Below, piece after piece: positions 1 to 13,886 of a DNA stretch of 64,000 bases. The stretch's first letter is position 1. Every line of letters begins with the position of its first letter. The position numbers and the translations under genes are program-made. The DNA is from the human T2T-CHM13v2.0 reference genome, Homo sapiens: assembly GCF_009914755.1 (NCBI RefSeq), contig NC_060933.1. One strand, given 5' to 3'. The notes below the pieces were generated by a model. The model searched no databases. It saw nothing but the letters and a program-made list of their open reading frames with translations, and was not told the DNA's origin.

Positions 1-470
1 CAAATAAACATTCTATTCCTTACAGAAAATATAAATCTATTAAAAATCAATGAAGAATTTTTGGGAAAACTATAAAACTAAAATTTAGATTTCCTATTAA
101 ATATGGCAAAAATTTATTTCAACTTTCTTCCAAAACACAAGTAAGATGAGAGACAATAGACTTGTGAAAAGACAAATAATCTATAAGGATGAAGAGAACA
201 AGAGAGGAGAGGACAACATATGAAAGATTTCAACACAATTGTGCAGGCTCAAAGACAGAAAGATGACTAAAGCAACATAAAAATCAAGCACTCTGTAAAG
301 GGAGTCTTGGAGAAGAAGAGGAAAGCCAAGAAATAAGTTTATTTGTGCCATAGACATGTAAGAAACTCAGGGATTAGAGGCACCAGGTATCCCTGAAGAA
401 CTAGGCATGCAGGTGGGACTGTAAATAATTACATTAAAATTTAATTACTAGGTACTTAGATATCTAAATC

Positions 471-646
471 TAGGGCTGGCTTCATGGGCCTGCAACTTGT
501 GTACTTGCACAGGGTCCCATGCTTAGGAGCACCCCATGCACTTTAATGATCTGCTATTGCCATCTTGAAACTCTTAAAAAATGTTGAACAAGTGGCTTGA
601 TAATTTCATATTTCACTAGGACCTGCAATTTATATAGGCAGTTCAT
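471..646 (+). mobile_element. MER45A-like hAT-Tip100 MITE
   Basis: AGGGCTGGCTTCATGGGC start, ~176 bp, 8-bp TSD TCTAAATC (463-470) / CCTAAATC (647-654). Confidence 0.8.
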
Positions 647-658
647 CCTAAATCTTCT

Positions 659-718
659 CCCTTTACCCACATAGGCAGGCATCTATCCCTTTACCCACAT
701 AAGAAGGCATCTATCCCT
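659..718. repeat. 28-bp tandem duplication
   Basis: CCCTTTACCCACATAGGCAGGCATCTAT followed by CCCTTTACCCACATAAGAAGGCATCTAT (2 mismatches). Confidence 0.9.
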
Positions 719-1781
719 CCCCAACTCCAGAAGAGGACTGAAAGGTCAGAGGTATATTCTCTGGGAAGGATGAATCAAAAGGAGCATAGTGATGAGGACA
801 TCAGGTACAGCTGGAAACAGGAGACCTAATGAATGTCACCTAGAGAATAGTGATATTACCAGCTCCTTTCCTCCACTGGAACAGAGAATATTTGCAGCCA
901 AGCTTATACCACTGGCCAGAAGAACGACCAAATTCTTCTCAGAGGAAATTGACCAGCCTGAAAGAATACTCAAGAATCTTTCAATTAAACAATCAGTTCC
1001 TGTTGGATCACCTGACAAGTCCGATTAAGGATCCAGTTTCCACCCTTAGTGCCTCAAATATGAATGGGAGAGCTAAAGATCATCAGATATTTGAGGAAAA
1101 CCTCAACCAGAAACATAAGGACTAAAACAAAGAGTAAGAGGAAACTATGAGGAATCAGTACATTAGTGGTAGAAAATATCATTATATTATAAAATATCAT
1201 TACTATCTTTAGAGAGATTAAGAGAAGCTATTATAATAATAATAAGCCTAATTCTTTTAAAAATAAGAACATTGAGAAAATTTCAAAAGAACTATTGAAA
1301 TTAAACATAAATAGGATAAATAAAAAAATTAAGACCTATGAAAGATTAGGTGATTTCTGGGCTTTTATCACAACAAGAAAATTAAACAAAATAAAACCAA
1401 CAAAAGAGAAAGTAAATGAGAAATAAGATATAAGTAAATTGAAGGATCTGTGCAAAAGGTTCAAAATCTAAATAATAGAATTTCCAGAAGGAAAAAAAAA
1501 AACAAAGAAAAAAAGCAGAAATAAATGATCAAATAAAAAAAAAATCCACACTCAAAAATTCTAGAACAAAATGCCAGAGGTTCTGCAATTGAAAGTGAAC
1601 ATTCATTCAGTACATTATTATAAAGTTTCAGAATAACATGGCTCAAGAGGAGTTGACAAATATGTCCAAAGAGGAGAAACATATTAATAAAACATATCAC
1701 AAAAGATTAGGAATCAATATGGCACTGGATTTCTCAAAAGCAAAGTTGAAAGATAGAAGATGATTATTAAATCCCTTTGAA

Positions 1782-2063
1782 GAACACAAAACCAAACACT
1801 GCATATTCTCACTCATAAGTGGAGGTTGAAAAATGAGAACACATGGACAAAGGGAGAGGAACAACACACACCGGGGCCAGTGAGTGGGTGTGGGGTGAGG
1901 GGAGGGAGAACATTAGGACAAACAGCTAATGCATGTGGGGCTTAAAACCTAGATGATGGGTTGATAGGCGCAGCAAACCACCATGACACACATATACCTA
2001 TGTAACAAACCTACACATTCTGCACTTGTATCCCAGAACTTAAACTAAAGAATAATAACAAAA
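1782..2063 (+). mobile_element. 5'-truncated L1PA (L1PA7-10-like) 3' UTR
   Basis: TTCTCACTCATAAGTGG...GCTTAAAACCTAGATGATGGGTTGATAGG...TATGTAACAAACCT...CCCAGAACTTAAA and A-rich tail. Confidence 0.9.
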
Positions 2064-2385
2064 AGTGCTTTTGAAATTCTAGCCATGAATTTTGTGGAGT
2101 CAAACTATCAACCAAATGAGAAGATAGAAAAAAAAGACATTTTTTTCAGATATGCATATTTTAAGAAATGTAGCTCCCGTGAACCATTTATCAGAAATCC
2201 ACTAGAAAATGTACTACACTAAAATGAGGTAATGAAGTAAAACCCTAGAATTACAGTGGTGCACCAGGACAAAAGAGCAAACAGGCAAAATTGGAGCAAG
2301 AATAAGATAGCTCTCAAAAAATTAAATAATAAAACTCACAGATTACCTGATGTTTTTGGATATTAAGTGAAGAATACACTGCTGT

Positions 2386-2742
<357 letters not shown>

Positions 2743-3578
2743 TAAGTACTTAAAAAACTTGTAAAATTAAAAAGTAAGGCAATTACTAATTCCGGGAAAA
2801 ACAAAAAGTAGTGCATATAAAAATGTAATTATTGTGTTTTACATGGTTCAACTATAGATAACACTCACAGAGTCATAACCATGTAAACACTATTTATTTA
2901 TGTAAATTGTGACATAACTTCATTAGGTTTTTAGAAGGAGTAGAAGTGTGCCTTTTGGAGTTTGGGTTTGGGCAATGGGCAATAGGTAATATCTAAAATA
3001 ACACTTAAAAAATAAAGATATTATTTAGAAATATAGAAGCAGATACCAGAAGTAAATGTAAGTAATGGTCACCTGCCAGAGACAGGAATCAAGAATCAGG
3101 GAGAAGTGAAGAAAGAAATGCTGTTTTATGTTACAAGCCTTTTGAAGCTGCAAGGCATTTAAAAGCATGCACATATATTCTCTGACGCCAAAAAATTAAA
3201 ACATAAATTTGCAATTGACATATACTTGCGAAATTTCATTATAATTTTTATTAAATTTGCAACTAGTGGCAGGGACTGAAATAATGGCAACCTGAAGAGA
3301 AACAAGCAGATTGTTCTAGTTGACCGTATAAGCAAAAAGACTATGACTGAATGAATTTGCCATTAATTATTTCATTTGATAAATAAACCTTTAACACAAC
3401 TTTATGTAAAGTGTTTGAAATTATAAAACATCAGCATTACAGTATACTGGAAATGGAAGGAGGCCTGAGCATTCTGAAATGTTGAAGGGTGAAGCTGATG
3501 TAAATTGGTGACAGAAGATTTTCTCCAAGGTGAGGAAATATAACCGAAATCACAGAATTTCCAATGAAAATGGATTAG

Positions 3579-3880
<302 letters not shown>

Positions 3881-4099
3881 TTTGGAGAGAACCAATGACA
3901 AGAGAAAAGGAAATTCACAATATGACTGAAATAAGTAACTAAAAGAACAGAAAATCAGAATAATTACATATGGTGCGTCCCCAAAGCAGATCACCTTAAA
4001 TCAGGCATTTCAGATTCAGTTGAAAGGAGAAATAAAAACACCAAAATATAGCCTCTGGAGGGTGGTTACTTTCTCCAGTGCTTGCAGTTCTGGAATAGG

Positions 4100-4113
4100 T
4101 TGCCCCCTGCTGT
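4100..4113 (-). promoter_or_regulatory. Candidate CTCF core motif
   Basis: Minus strand reads ACAGCAGGGGGCAA, close to CCASYAGRKGGCRS. Confidence 0.4.
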
Positions 4114-4119
4114 TGGAGG

Positions 4120-4296
4120 TTAGGATGTGGTGGGGGCAGGAGAAGGGTGGAGTTCAGTTGGCCTCCCAAGGCTCTCCTCCTCACTACACCTAGAGCTTCA
4201 AGCAAAGCAGCTCTAGATTTGTGGACTGAGTTTCCCGATAAAATGTATGCTGGAAGAAATTGTTGCATGGCTGAAAATCAAGTTTGAAAAATGCTG
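4120..4296 (-). mobile_element. MER117-like hAT-Charlie fragment
   Basis: GCTTCAAGCAAAGCAGCTCT...AAGTTTGAAAAATGCTG terminal repeat. Confidence 0.55.
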
Positions 4297-4445
4297 GTCT
4301 ATCTCAAATTCTTTATTTGGCAGGTACAGAAAGGGGAGCCTTTTAAGTAATCACTTATTCAAGGTGAAAAGAAATCTGATGGCAGGATTAGAACCAAAAG
4401 CCAGGCCTCTTAAAAGCTAATTAATTTGCTTTCTCCCACACCAAT
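4297..4445 (-). mobile_element. MIR fragment
   Basis: Degenerate MIR core (ACTTATTCAAGGTG...GGCAGGATTAGAACC...CCAGGCCTCT). Confidence 0.5.
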
Positions 4446-6558
4446 GATCCTGGCAATGTTGCCTTTCTGTTAAAGCAAATATATTTTATTAAATGATATG
4501 TAAATTACTACTTTGTTAACTTTGTTTCTTAAGAAAATATGCAACTGGGCACATAATTAGAAGAAATATGGATACATCTATGAGCACCCAAAATGGAATT
4601 CTATAAAACCGTATCCAATATTTAATTCTCATTTTAACTCTTAATTTACTAAGTGATTTTATTATATTTGATGCCATATGGCCAGTTCTGCCTGTTCCAT
4701 CTGCTGTGTGAGCAGTTTTGTTGAATAAAGTATTTAATTCCCTGGTTGCAAACACTACACCTTGATGATTCAGAGAAGTAAAGCACTGTCTTTTTATTAC
4801 TTGTTCATTTACTGGTATATGATTCTTTCTCACTCTGATTCTACTCCTATTCTCTCCCCGCTCTCTTCTCTCCTTTCTCCTCTCTCCTTTTCCCTTGACT
4901 TTGCTCCCAACAGCTCTGTGACTGATGTATTCAGTCTTTCTTTTCCTGCTTACTCTCTCTGCAAAATGTCTGTGATTCCCTTAACCAGAAATATTTTATT
5001 CTTAACAACCATAATTATGTCACCTCCTGCAGCTAACTTTAAGCTCACTATTTTGACTATAGAAGCAAATAAGTTAATTTGCATAGGTGAGTTAAAATAA
5101 TCCAATAACTAATTGTTACTCTGTCAAAGATCTCTGGTAAAAAAAAATAGCTTAAATCCTTTCCCTTATCTTAATATTTAAAAAAGACAACTGAAACAGA
5201 GCAGACTATTAAAAAGAAAAACCACCTCTTACATAGGGGCTGCTTTATGAGAGAGTTGTCATGTGTTTAAATGGATGTACTACATAATTATATTGGTTGC
5301 AGCATGCAGAACAGGATAAATAGGGAAAATGGAATTTGACAAAACGATGAATATTCTATATCAAACTTCTCCATACTAATATAAATAAGTTATATGGTAT
5401 CAAGTAAAGAAGCAACACCAGAACCAAGCTTAAAATCATTAGATACCGTGAGCTTGTGCTGATCAGATTTGTTCGTGTGTTCTACCTTGGAAAAGATATT
5501 AAATTCACAAATCTATTTGAGAATGGGTTGGTATACTTCTAGGAGTTTATAGTTGAACTGATGACCTGCTTAAAGGCGATAAGGCAGTGTTTTAAGGATG
5601 ACCACTAAATCTTTGTTTTGCCAACACTACTTATAAAATGTTTTACAAATGGTTTAGTCTCTGAGAGCTTTCTGAATATCTGATTAAAGTCTTTAAAAGA
5701 AAGGATTAAATATCAGTAAGTGATAATTTATAAGATGATACCTTGCTGTATAAAAATATGCAAACTATTTAAAGGCAAATTTTGAGATATTAAAATGCTT
5801 TTGTTCATGGAGAAAATTAACTTGAACACATTTCTCTACAGTTAGGTTGTATAGTTTAGTAACTAATAAAGTTTCCTCAGCGTAGATCCAAAACAATTAG
5901 CAATCTTAAGAAAAAACGATTGTAATAATGTTAATAAAAATCCCAGGAAATCTACAAGCTTGATGGAGATTTGCTATTCTCCATGAGGAAATAACATATT
6001 CGTGTGGGAATTTGAACAACCACCAGGGTGCTGTTCCTCACTATTGTGCTGACCAGCTACTGGACCAAGATTGTGTTGAAAGCAATGTTAATTAATTGTA
6101 CTGCAGCTTAAATCAGAAGGACACTGGTAGGGTTTTAACAAAGTAAATATCTGCCAAGTATTGAAATTTTTTTCAAAGAAAGTTACAATATTAGTAAATG
6201 ATAATTATGTTGTCTACAGCAATGTGAGAGACAAAATTCCCTGACTTTGTATCTAACTTCTTTGAAAGAGCATAAATTGTTCAAGGCTTGTTTGGTGACT
6301 TGGTGGAAAAAATTATTGCTTTTAAACAGTGAAAACACAGGTAACATCAATAAACTAACAAGTTTAATAGTGTAGCCTGCGTTTTTAGAAGAAAAAGAAG
6401 TTTTGCGATAAGCCATCAGCTTTTCACATTGATTAAGATTGAGGATTATACTGTTTGTTAACATCATAGTAGTGTTCCTCTTCTTGTTACCCTTAATTTA
6501 CCTACTGTGCAACTGTGCTTGGAGCTTTATGGTCCTTTTTAAACTAACTTCTTTTCCA

Positions 6559-7563
6559 CCTATCAGTCAGGGATCAATCAGAGAAGCTGAACTGCTAGGG
6601 AATCATTACAGGGGTTTGATCTTATATGATTCTGGAAGCTGATTAAGTAATCCTTATAAGGCTGTTGTCCTTGCATCTGACACTGGAGCTTGAAGTCCTC
6701 AGGACTGCTATCACAAAATATCACAAACTAGGTGGCTGAACATAACAGAAATTTATTCTCTCACAAGTCTGGAGGCTGGAGGTCCAAAATCAAGGTGTCT
6801 GCTGGCAGTGTAGGCTCCTTCTGAGGGATATGAGCAACCTGTTCCATGCACTCCACCAATGATCTTTCACATTCCTGGGCTTCTAGATGCATCATTTTAG
6901 TCCTCCGCCTTCACAGGGCATTCTTTCTGTGTCTTTTCACATCATCTTACCTCTTGTGCATGTTTTTGTGTTCAAATTTCCCCTTTTAATAAGGGCACCA
7001 GTCATACTGGATTAGGTCCAACTGGATGAGGTCATATGACCTCGTTTAACTTGATTACCTCTGTAGAGATTCTGTTATGAAATAAGGTCACATTCTGAAG
7101 TACCAGGGGTAAGGACTTCAACATATCTTTCTAAGAGGATGCAATTCAACCCCTTGCTTGGCAGCAAGAACAAAGTGGGACATGCACACATAAGCTGGAA
7201 CCCACAGGCATGGACTGAAACCATGTCAGTTTGCATTGCCTCTGAAATTGATATTGTGGGAATCCTGCAGAAGAAAACAGTAAACTTCATCATGGAGCTA
7301 AATTCTAACCTGGTATAAGAGTCAGAGAGGTTGAAGGAGGATCTGGGAAAGGTGGGCCAGTTCCAGCCTGTCCACTGCCCCGCAACAGTGATTGAGACCA
7401 TGGGTAAACAATAATGTGTGAGCTACAGCATGGCTGCTGCTTTGTTTCTGCTCACCAAATCCCACACAGGAATCTCTCTGGTGGCCCAAAAACATGCAGG
7501 AAAGGGGATCTCTGGGAAGCGTAGTCCAGTCTTGCCAAGTTGACACATTATAAAGCCACAACG
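6559..7563 (-). mobile_element. MLT2F-like ERVL solo LTR, interrupted by MLT1C, with an APOA4-like internal segment
   Basis: TCAGTCAGGGATCAATCAGAGAAGC at the left end; GCCAAGTTGACACATTATAAAGCCAC at the right end is the reverse complement of the MLT2 5' end; homologous to 30781-31360. Confidence 0.75.
6700..7155 (-). mobile_element. MLT1C-like MaLR LTR nested in the MLT2 LTR
   Basis: CAGAAATTTATTCTCTCAC...TGGAGGCTGGAGGTCCAAAATCAAGGTG...AATAAGGTCACATTCTGAAG...CAATTCAACCC. Confidence 0.85.
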
Positions 7564-7639
7564 CTGAAGACTTTACACATCCGTTATTCAGTATTTGATA
7601 ATATGAATGAAGATAGTGAAACCAAGTCATTCTCACTCC

Positions 7640-8003
7640 TCTCCTGGTCTGTTCAGGCTGCTATAACACAATGCCATCGACTGGTTAGCTTATAAACAAC
7701 AGAAATTGATTTCTTACAGTTCTAGAGGCTGGAAACTCCAAGATCAAGACACTGGTAGATTTGGTGTGTCTGGTGAGGGCCCTGCTTCCTCAGAGCCAGC
7801 TGTTTGCTCATTCTAACCTCTCACAGTGGAGGGAGCCAGGGACCTCTCTGGGTCTCTTTTACAAGGGCACTAATTCCATTCATGGGGGCTCTGCCCCTGT
7901 GGCCTAATCACCTCCCAATGCCCCATCTCCTAATACTATCACCTTGGGGGTTAGGATTTCAACACAGGGATTTGAAGACAGCATGAACATTCAGACCATA
8001 ACA
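7640..8003 (-). mobile_element. MLT1A solo LTR
   Basis: Complete MaLR LTR, 5-bp TSD ACTCC (7635-7639 / 8004-8008). Confidence 0.9.
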
Positions 8004-8374
8004 ACTCCCCATCTGAGACACAGGGAAGACATTTCACCTCCTAATGATGTTTCATTTCTGCTTGTTAATAAAAAAATTACCATCAACCACCTAAAAAGTT
8101 TTAATTGAATAATTGAAAATTAAACTCACCAGTAAAATTTGCTTTTGTTTCATCAACTATTTAGCAATAAGGAAAATATTTGAAGGCCATGAAGCCTTAA
8201 GATCCTGAGATCTTAGGATTATGTTCAGTTAAATTAGGTTGATTTGGAAACAAAACAAAACAAAATCAGACACTTGCCCTTCTTGATAGTCTTCTTAGCA
8301 AGGGAATAAATGTGGTGGATAATCACTCAGGCTGTGAAACAGATGGATCCAAGTTTGAAACACAGCAGCATGGG

Positions 8375-8517
8375 ACCTCTCTCTGTATTGCATTCCCAGC
8401 CCATAAGAATGGGGATAATCTTTATAGCTGCCTCAAAGGGTCATTTCGTGGTTGAAAGACATAAGGGGAACTTGGCACAAAGCTGGCATGTAGTAAGTGT
8501 TGAAGCAGTGTTGGCTA
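8375..8517 (+). mobile_element. MIR fragment
   Basis: AAGAATGGGGATAAT...CCTCAAAGGGTC...CTGGCATGTAGTAAGTG. Confidence 0.6.
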
Positions 8518-8999
8518 ATCTTTTCTCTTTCTCCTTCCCTTCTGCCTGTTTCTCTTCTTCCTTTTCTGTTTCTTTAGATTTAAGGGCAATGAAACTGGTG
8601 TTTTCAGTCCCTTGCAGCACCGAACTTTGTTTTTCCACTGTATGTGTATCCAATCTAAGTGTTATGAACAATAAGCCATGGGGCTCTTTAAATACCAACC
8701 TGTTTTGGAGATCCAGAGTGGGTGGTTTTTGAAGTAGCATCTTTGAGAGCAGCTGTGAATGGAAATGCTTATTTCTAAGACATCAAAAGGAGGGAAATGT
8801 TCCATTTAAAAATATTCTGTGATAAGTAAAAGTTCTGAACTTTTTAAAGAGAGGTGCTTGAAATTTCTTTGGGCAGAATTTAAAGAGCAAAATTAAACAG
8901 TAATGAATTTTTTTCTCTCCCAGAAAGTGGAAAGAATATTTGCAGACCTTTCTTCCCTCTGTCTGTATTCTGTTCAAATACAAAACCTACCCCTCACGG

Positions 9000-9262
9000 T
9001 CCCCACTCAAACCCACCACTCAGTTCCACATTCTCTCTTCTTTAATAACATCACATCTGTTATCAGTAAACACTCATTTGAGCATGTGCTAGGATCTTGT
9101 CTTCTCAATGACACCTTTGTGTGGTGTCACTGTCTTATTTCCCTATCTTGTAAGCCCCATATAAATAGAGACTTCATCACACATTTCAATTTACCTAATT
9201 CGTAAAACAATCAAAGGCACCAAGTATGTACTCCAGTAAAAATAAAGTGGCATGGAAAAGAA
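9000..9262 (+). mobile_element. L2 3' fragment
   Basis: TGTAAGCCCC...AGAGACTT...GGCACCAAGTATGTACTC 3'-end signature. Confidence 0.4.
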
Positions 9263-10067
9263 TAGAACAGATTGGAAGGTGCACAAGGAAATGGGAAAGA
9301 ATGAAAAAGAAACTTCTGGGAAATCTTTCTAGATGCCAGGGCTTGAGACAAATAACAAAAAATGAATCGGCCAGAGGGACTGTACTCTTGCCTAGTAGAA
9401 CCTACATTTCTAGCAGCATCAGGTATGTCTGATAGGCCCTTGTCTCCTGTCTCAGACATTGATCCCATATAGATTTATCAATTTCACTGCTGCCCCTTCT
9501 AGTTTCTACACTACTCTAACCATTCCCCCCTCCACTAAGAGAATATGAGCTAATAAGCTAATGTAGCAAGACCTCCCAGACATAGGTTGCTGAGGAAATA
9601 TTTTTGAGAAAATAAAGGCAACAAGAGATATTTTAGGCTTATTTTTTTATCAGACACTAGCCTGTTTCTTAGAGAGTCTCAATAGTGGGGCATATAGTCA
9701 TAATAAACCTACAAAATTATTAAAGAACACTTAAAGACTCACAAATACTAAGTCCCCCAAATCACTACTGCAAAATTTAGTAACTCTTCAAATTCAAATT
9801 TCATTTCATAAGTCATGTAAATATGCTAGCAATCTGAAGTATTGGGTTGGGGAAAAGAGTTATAAAAGTTCCATAGAGCTATGGTGAAAATGTTGTATTA
9901 TTTCAAGGCCTTTCTACAGAAGACAGTGAGTTTTGGGACTGCTATAATTTAAAAAGGTGTCTTTGAAAAGAAAAGGCATAGCTTTTCATGGCAGCTAATT
10001 CTAGACAAAGAGAGGGGCCAATGGGTATTTTAGTCCAACCTAATTTGATGTCACAGTGGTGGGTCTG

Positions 10068-10097
10068 GTTTTATTTATTTATTTATTTATTTATTTA
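10068..10097. repeat. (TTTA)n microsatellite
   Basis: Direct reading. Confidence 0.9.
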
Positions 10098-11042
10098 CTA
10101 ATTTAAAGAGGCTGCTACTATATAGAGGAAGGTTGTGTGCTTAGAAATGGATAATGTTAGCAAAGCAAGGAAAAGTTCTTTTTTTTTTTTCTCCTGAAAA
10201 CAATAACCTACATTTAATGGTAAGAAATCACCAGCAAATTCCATTATGTTTGTGGGCTTGACATGCGGTGCTTATTAAATGTAGGAACAAAGCCACTTTA
10301 TACATCATAGTGTTCACATTACAAATTCACTGCTCATAATGGTGCTGCAAGTATATGTGCAATTTTTCTGAACTTATGAAATATATTTCTGACACCTCAG
10401 GTATTGATGTATGCACGCATGATATTGTACCAGTGCAGTAGGGAGACTTAACTGATGTCTGCAAGATTTGATTTATTACAAGTAAATATGATTGCCTTCA
10501 TAATCTGATTTTATTATGTTCGGGGCTCTCGCAGGTAAACTTTTAGTAGAAGGAAGAAGGCCAATTTTATTAAACCAGTGTGTTCCTGCAAACCATAGAG
10601 TTTCTTGTCAAGGGGGAAGGGGGACTGCTGGTCCAGAAAGAGTATTGAAAATTTCAAAAAAGAATTTACTTTCAACATTCCCAATTTCATATCTTCTCAA
10701 ATCCTGCAATTACTTCAAGTGTGCTTTTGCTATTTTGAGTGCTATATTCCTTTTTTAAAAGCCATATTAAAGTAAAATTCACATGTCTAGGGCCAAAGTT
10801 AAATATGCGTAGGGGGAAAAGTACTTGAAAAACCCAGCTACCATCTCAAAAAATATTGGCAACATGGCTTTTTCTCTTTTATAATGGATAAGAGGTTTGA
10901 TGAACTTGAAAGAATTGGGGTTACTGTTGATATTTTCAGGGTTTTTGATTTCACTCCAACTATGAGGGCTATAGCTTTGCTATACCATCAACTTAAATAA
11001 CTAAAAATAGGTCATCCTAGGATCAGAGAAGGACCTGGGCCC

Positions 11043-11095
11043 TTATGAATAAGGGGGTTATGAGGTTATGAATAAGGAGGTTATGAATAAGGAGG
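11043..11095. repeat. 15-bp minisatellite TTATGAATAAGGRGG x3 plus a partial unit
   Basis: Units at 11043, 11066 and 11081; partial TTATGAGG at 11058. Confidence 0.9.
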
Positions 11096-12695
11096 ACTGC
11101 AGGAAAGGGCTTGGCCAATTTACCCTTCAAAGAACACTAGACACACCAACCTTCCCAGGCTGAGTACGTATACTCTTATTCTAGGCATGGAAGAACAAAA
11201 ATTTTTAACATCTGCGGGTTCCCAAACTTTCCCCTGCCCACTAAAAAGAACCTTGGCTTCGCTTTCTTAGTTTCTCCTCTCCCTTGCCAGCTTGCTGAGC
11301 AGACTTCTGCTAGCATCCCCAGGTGGTCATTCAGGCCTGTGTAATGTAAAATCAAGCCCAGTAGAAAAAGAAGAAATGCATGGACTTAGGTTAGGGAAAA
11401 GCATTTTTGTTGGAGTGGGGAGGTGGGAGGAGGCAAGACTTTTTTTTAATGGAATTTGAGAATAAATCAGTAAAGAGTACTGCTTGGTATTAAGGAAGTT
11501 TCTGAAGAAAGGAAGTAGAAATGGTATGCTGAGAGCTATGAATGATCTTAATTGTTTTCAAGAAATGCAAGCAAAGGAAAGAACCTGAATTAATTTTAAA
11601 TTATTCTTTCTTTGATGACCTAATGTGATGATCTAGTTGTTACTGGATAAACATGTTTTGCAACTGGACCAAGTAGATAAAAATCCAACATCCAATGCAT
11701 ATGTGTGCTGTGGTCAAGATAGTGTCACTTGTTTTCCATGAGGTAGACATAGCATTAGGGAAACCAAATGGATAGTCCAACCGTTAGCAATGAAAGACCC
11801 ATGACAAAGAATTTAATGAAGATGGCCAAAGGGGGAATCATCATGAAATAATATCTTAAAATAAAATAATTAAATAATATCTTTTGGTTTGCACTAAAAT
11901 AAGGACAAATGGTTCAGGAGATGATTTCAATAAGGGCAACTTAAAATTTATGTACTCAGTGGAGATCAGGAATCAGGCAATCAAGAATCCAAAGCCAGTG
12001 CAGTAGTTCTAGGTACTTGGAGATCATAACACAGTAACTTTAAGAAAACAAAAACCAAAAACCTCATACTTCATAAGTTTTCTATTTTCATAGGGCTTTT
12101 AAAAACACATTCTTCAATTATATTATTATTTTTATATTCCTTAGACAAAAATATTCTATTATTTTGACTTTTCTTGAAAATATTAATATCAACTATGTTG
12201 AGGGAAAACAAAAACAAAAACAAAACAAAAAAAAAGAAGGGTTTTTGTTCACACTAGATTAGAATGCTGGAGGAAGAGCCATAGACCTGTTGCAGCTGAT
12301 CATCATGATGACAGCAGGAATTACACAATTTTAGAAAATCCCAAAGGGGCTACTTCAATTTAGGGGCAGTAGAGAATGTTAGGGCCTAATCAAATTCCTA
12401 TTCCCTACTTGAAGTGTCTACTTCCTGAGTTCAAATCTAGAGACAGTTTTGAATTAATGTGAGCCCATGCACTTAAAATGCCCATAACATTCACTCATGA
12501 CCACCACCACTTCACTTGAGATATCACCTAGGCAAAATGAGGGAGCTGCTCTCTTCCCTCTACCCTGCCCTGCCAATCTGTACACTGCCTCCTCAAGCTG
12601 GGTTCTTCTTTCTTTTGTCCTGAGAAAGCAGCCAATTATTTTAACCTGATTTCACCTAGATTTGAAATAAAGTGTTGAGGGTAAGAAACGGAAGG

Positions 12696-12723
12696 CAGCG
12701 CCATCTGTTCCAAGTGATTGTAT
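12696..12723 (-). promoter_or_regulatory. Candidate CTCF site
   Basis: Minus strand TACAATCACTTGGAACAGATGGCGCTG: strong CAGATGGCGCT right half, weak left half, possible upstream module. Confidence 0.4.
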
Positions 12724-13537
12724 ACCTAGAAAGCTACTGCCTAATATTACCGATACCTTTTTCTTCAAATCTTACATTCTAGACACATCTTCTAGCTTTT
12801 ACTGCACTGTATGAAGTAGCAACTCCTTTCTGCTTTAATTGAAATGTGTTGTGCACTGGATCATATCTAGCATTTACTCCAGCAGGAGATCCCAGCTGGG
12901 GATCTCTCTGTAAACGCATTGAGTATGGATTGCCCATACATCAAGGGTTTCTATGTGAGCTACTGTGCATGGGAAAGCCAGGAGGTACATCTAAGACATG
13001 GAGTGCTTCTGAGCAGAAGTGTAGTGTTTTCCCCATGCTATAAAGACCCAGGGTGTGGCTTTCTGTCAGGCTAGCAGGGGCTATGATGAAACAAAAGGCA
13101 ATATACCATAGCTTCCTGTGTTGGTGAAGTCTTTGTATACTTGCTCCATTGACAAGAAACGAATTAGTGCCAAATTGTAGTTACAGTGAACTAATAGTTA
13201 TCTGTCTCTCTCTGATGCTACCTTCCACATGTCAGTGTCACTGTGACAAAAACAAACAAAAAAGAAATGTATGGGTAAGTGAGTGTATGATGTGTGTGTG
13301 CATGGATGGCATGTCAGCATGTAGCTAAATGCCTATTCCTTACTGCTTCCAAAAACTGGGTATAAATGATTTAGGGTTATCTATAGTTCTACATTCTCAA
13401 TTTTTCCTCTATCAGTAAGAATAAAACCTATAAGTAGATTTTTATCAGCTTATACTAGAGAGGTCAAACTGGCCTTGTATAGAGGTGGGGTAGATTTTCA
13501 CCTACAGGATATTACTTTCTTATTTAAAGAGGTCTTA

Positions 13538-13886
13538 AAGAACTCATAGGAGTAGAGAGTAGAATGGTGATTACAGAGGCTGAGAGAGGGGATTTGGGTA
13601 GATGTAGATAAAAGGATAACAAATTTCAGTTGGATAGAAGGAATAAATTCAAAAGATCTATTGTATAAAACGGTGACTATAGTTAATAACAATGTATCAT
13701 CTTCTTGAAAATTAAGAGGGTAGATTTTAAGTGTTCTTGCCACAAAAAAAGTAAGTGAAGTAATGCATATGCTAATTAGCATGATTTAGACATACCACAA
13801 TTTACACATATTTCAAAACATGTTGTACACAATAAATATATATGATTTTTATTGGTCAGTTTTTTAAATTAATTAAAAAGAAAAAT
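13538..13886 (+). mobile_element. L1MA (L1MA8/9-like) 3' end
   Basis: GAGAGTAGAATGGTGATTAC...GTGACTATAGTTAATAACAATG...AATAAA; TSD-like AAGAGGTCTTAA / AAGAAGTTTTAA. Confidence 0.85.

Noticed and set aside
11043-11095. CRISPR-like repeat
   Set aside because: Head-to-tail minisatellite with no spacers; eukaryotic DNA
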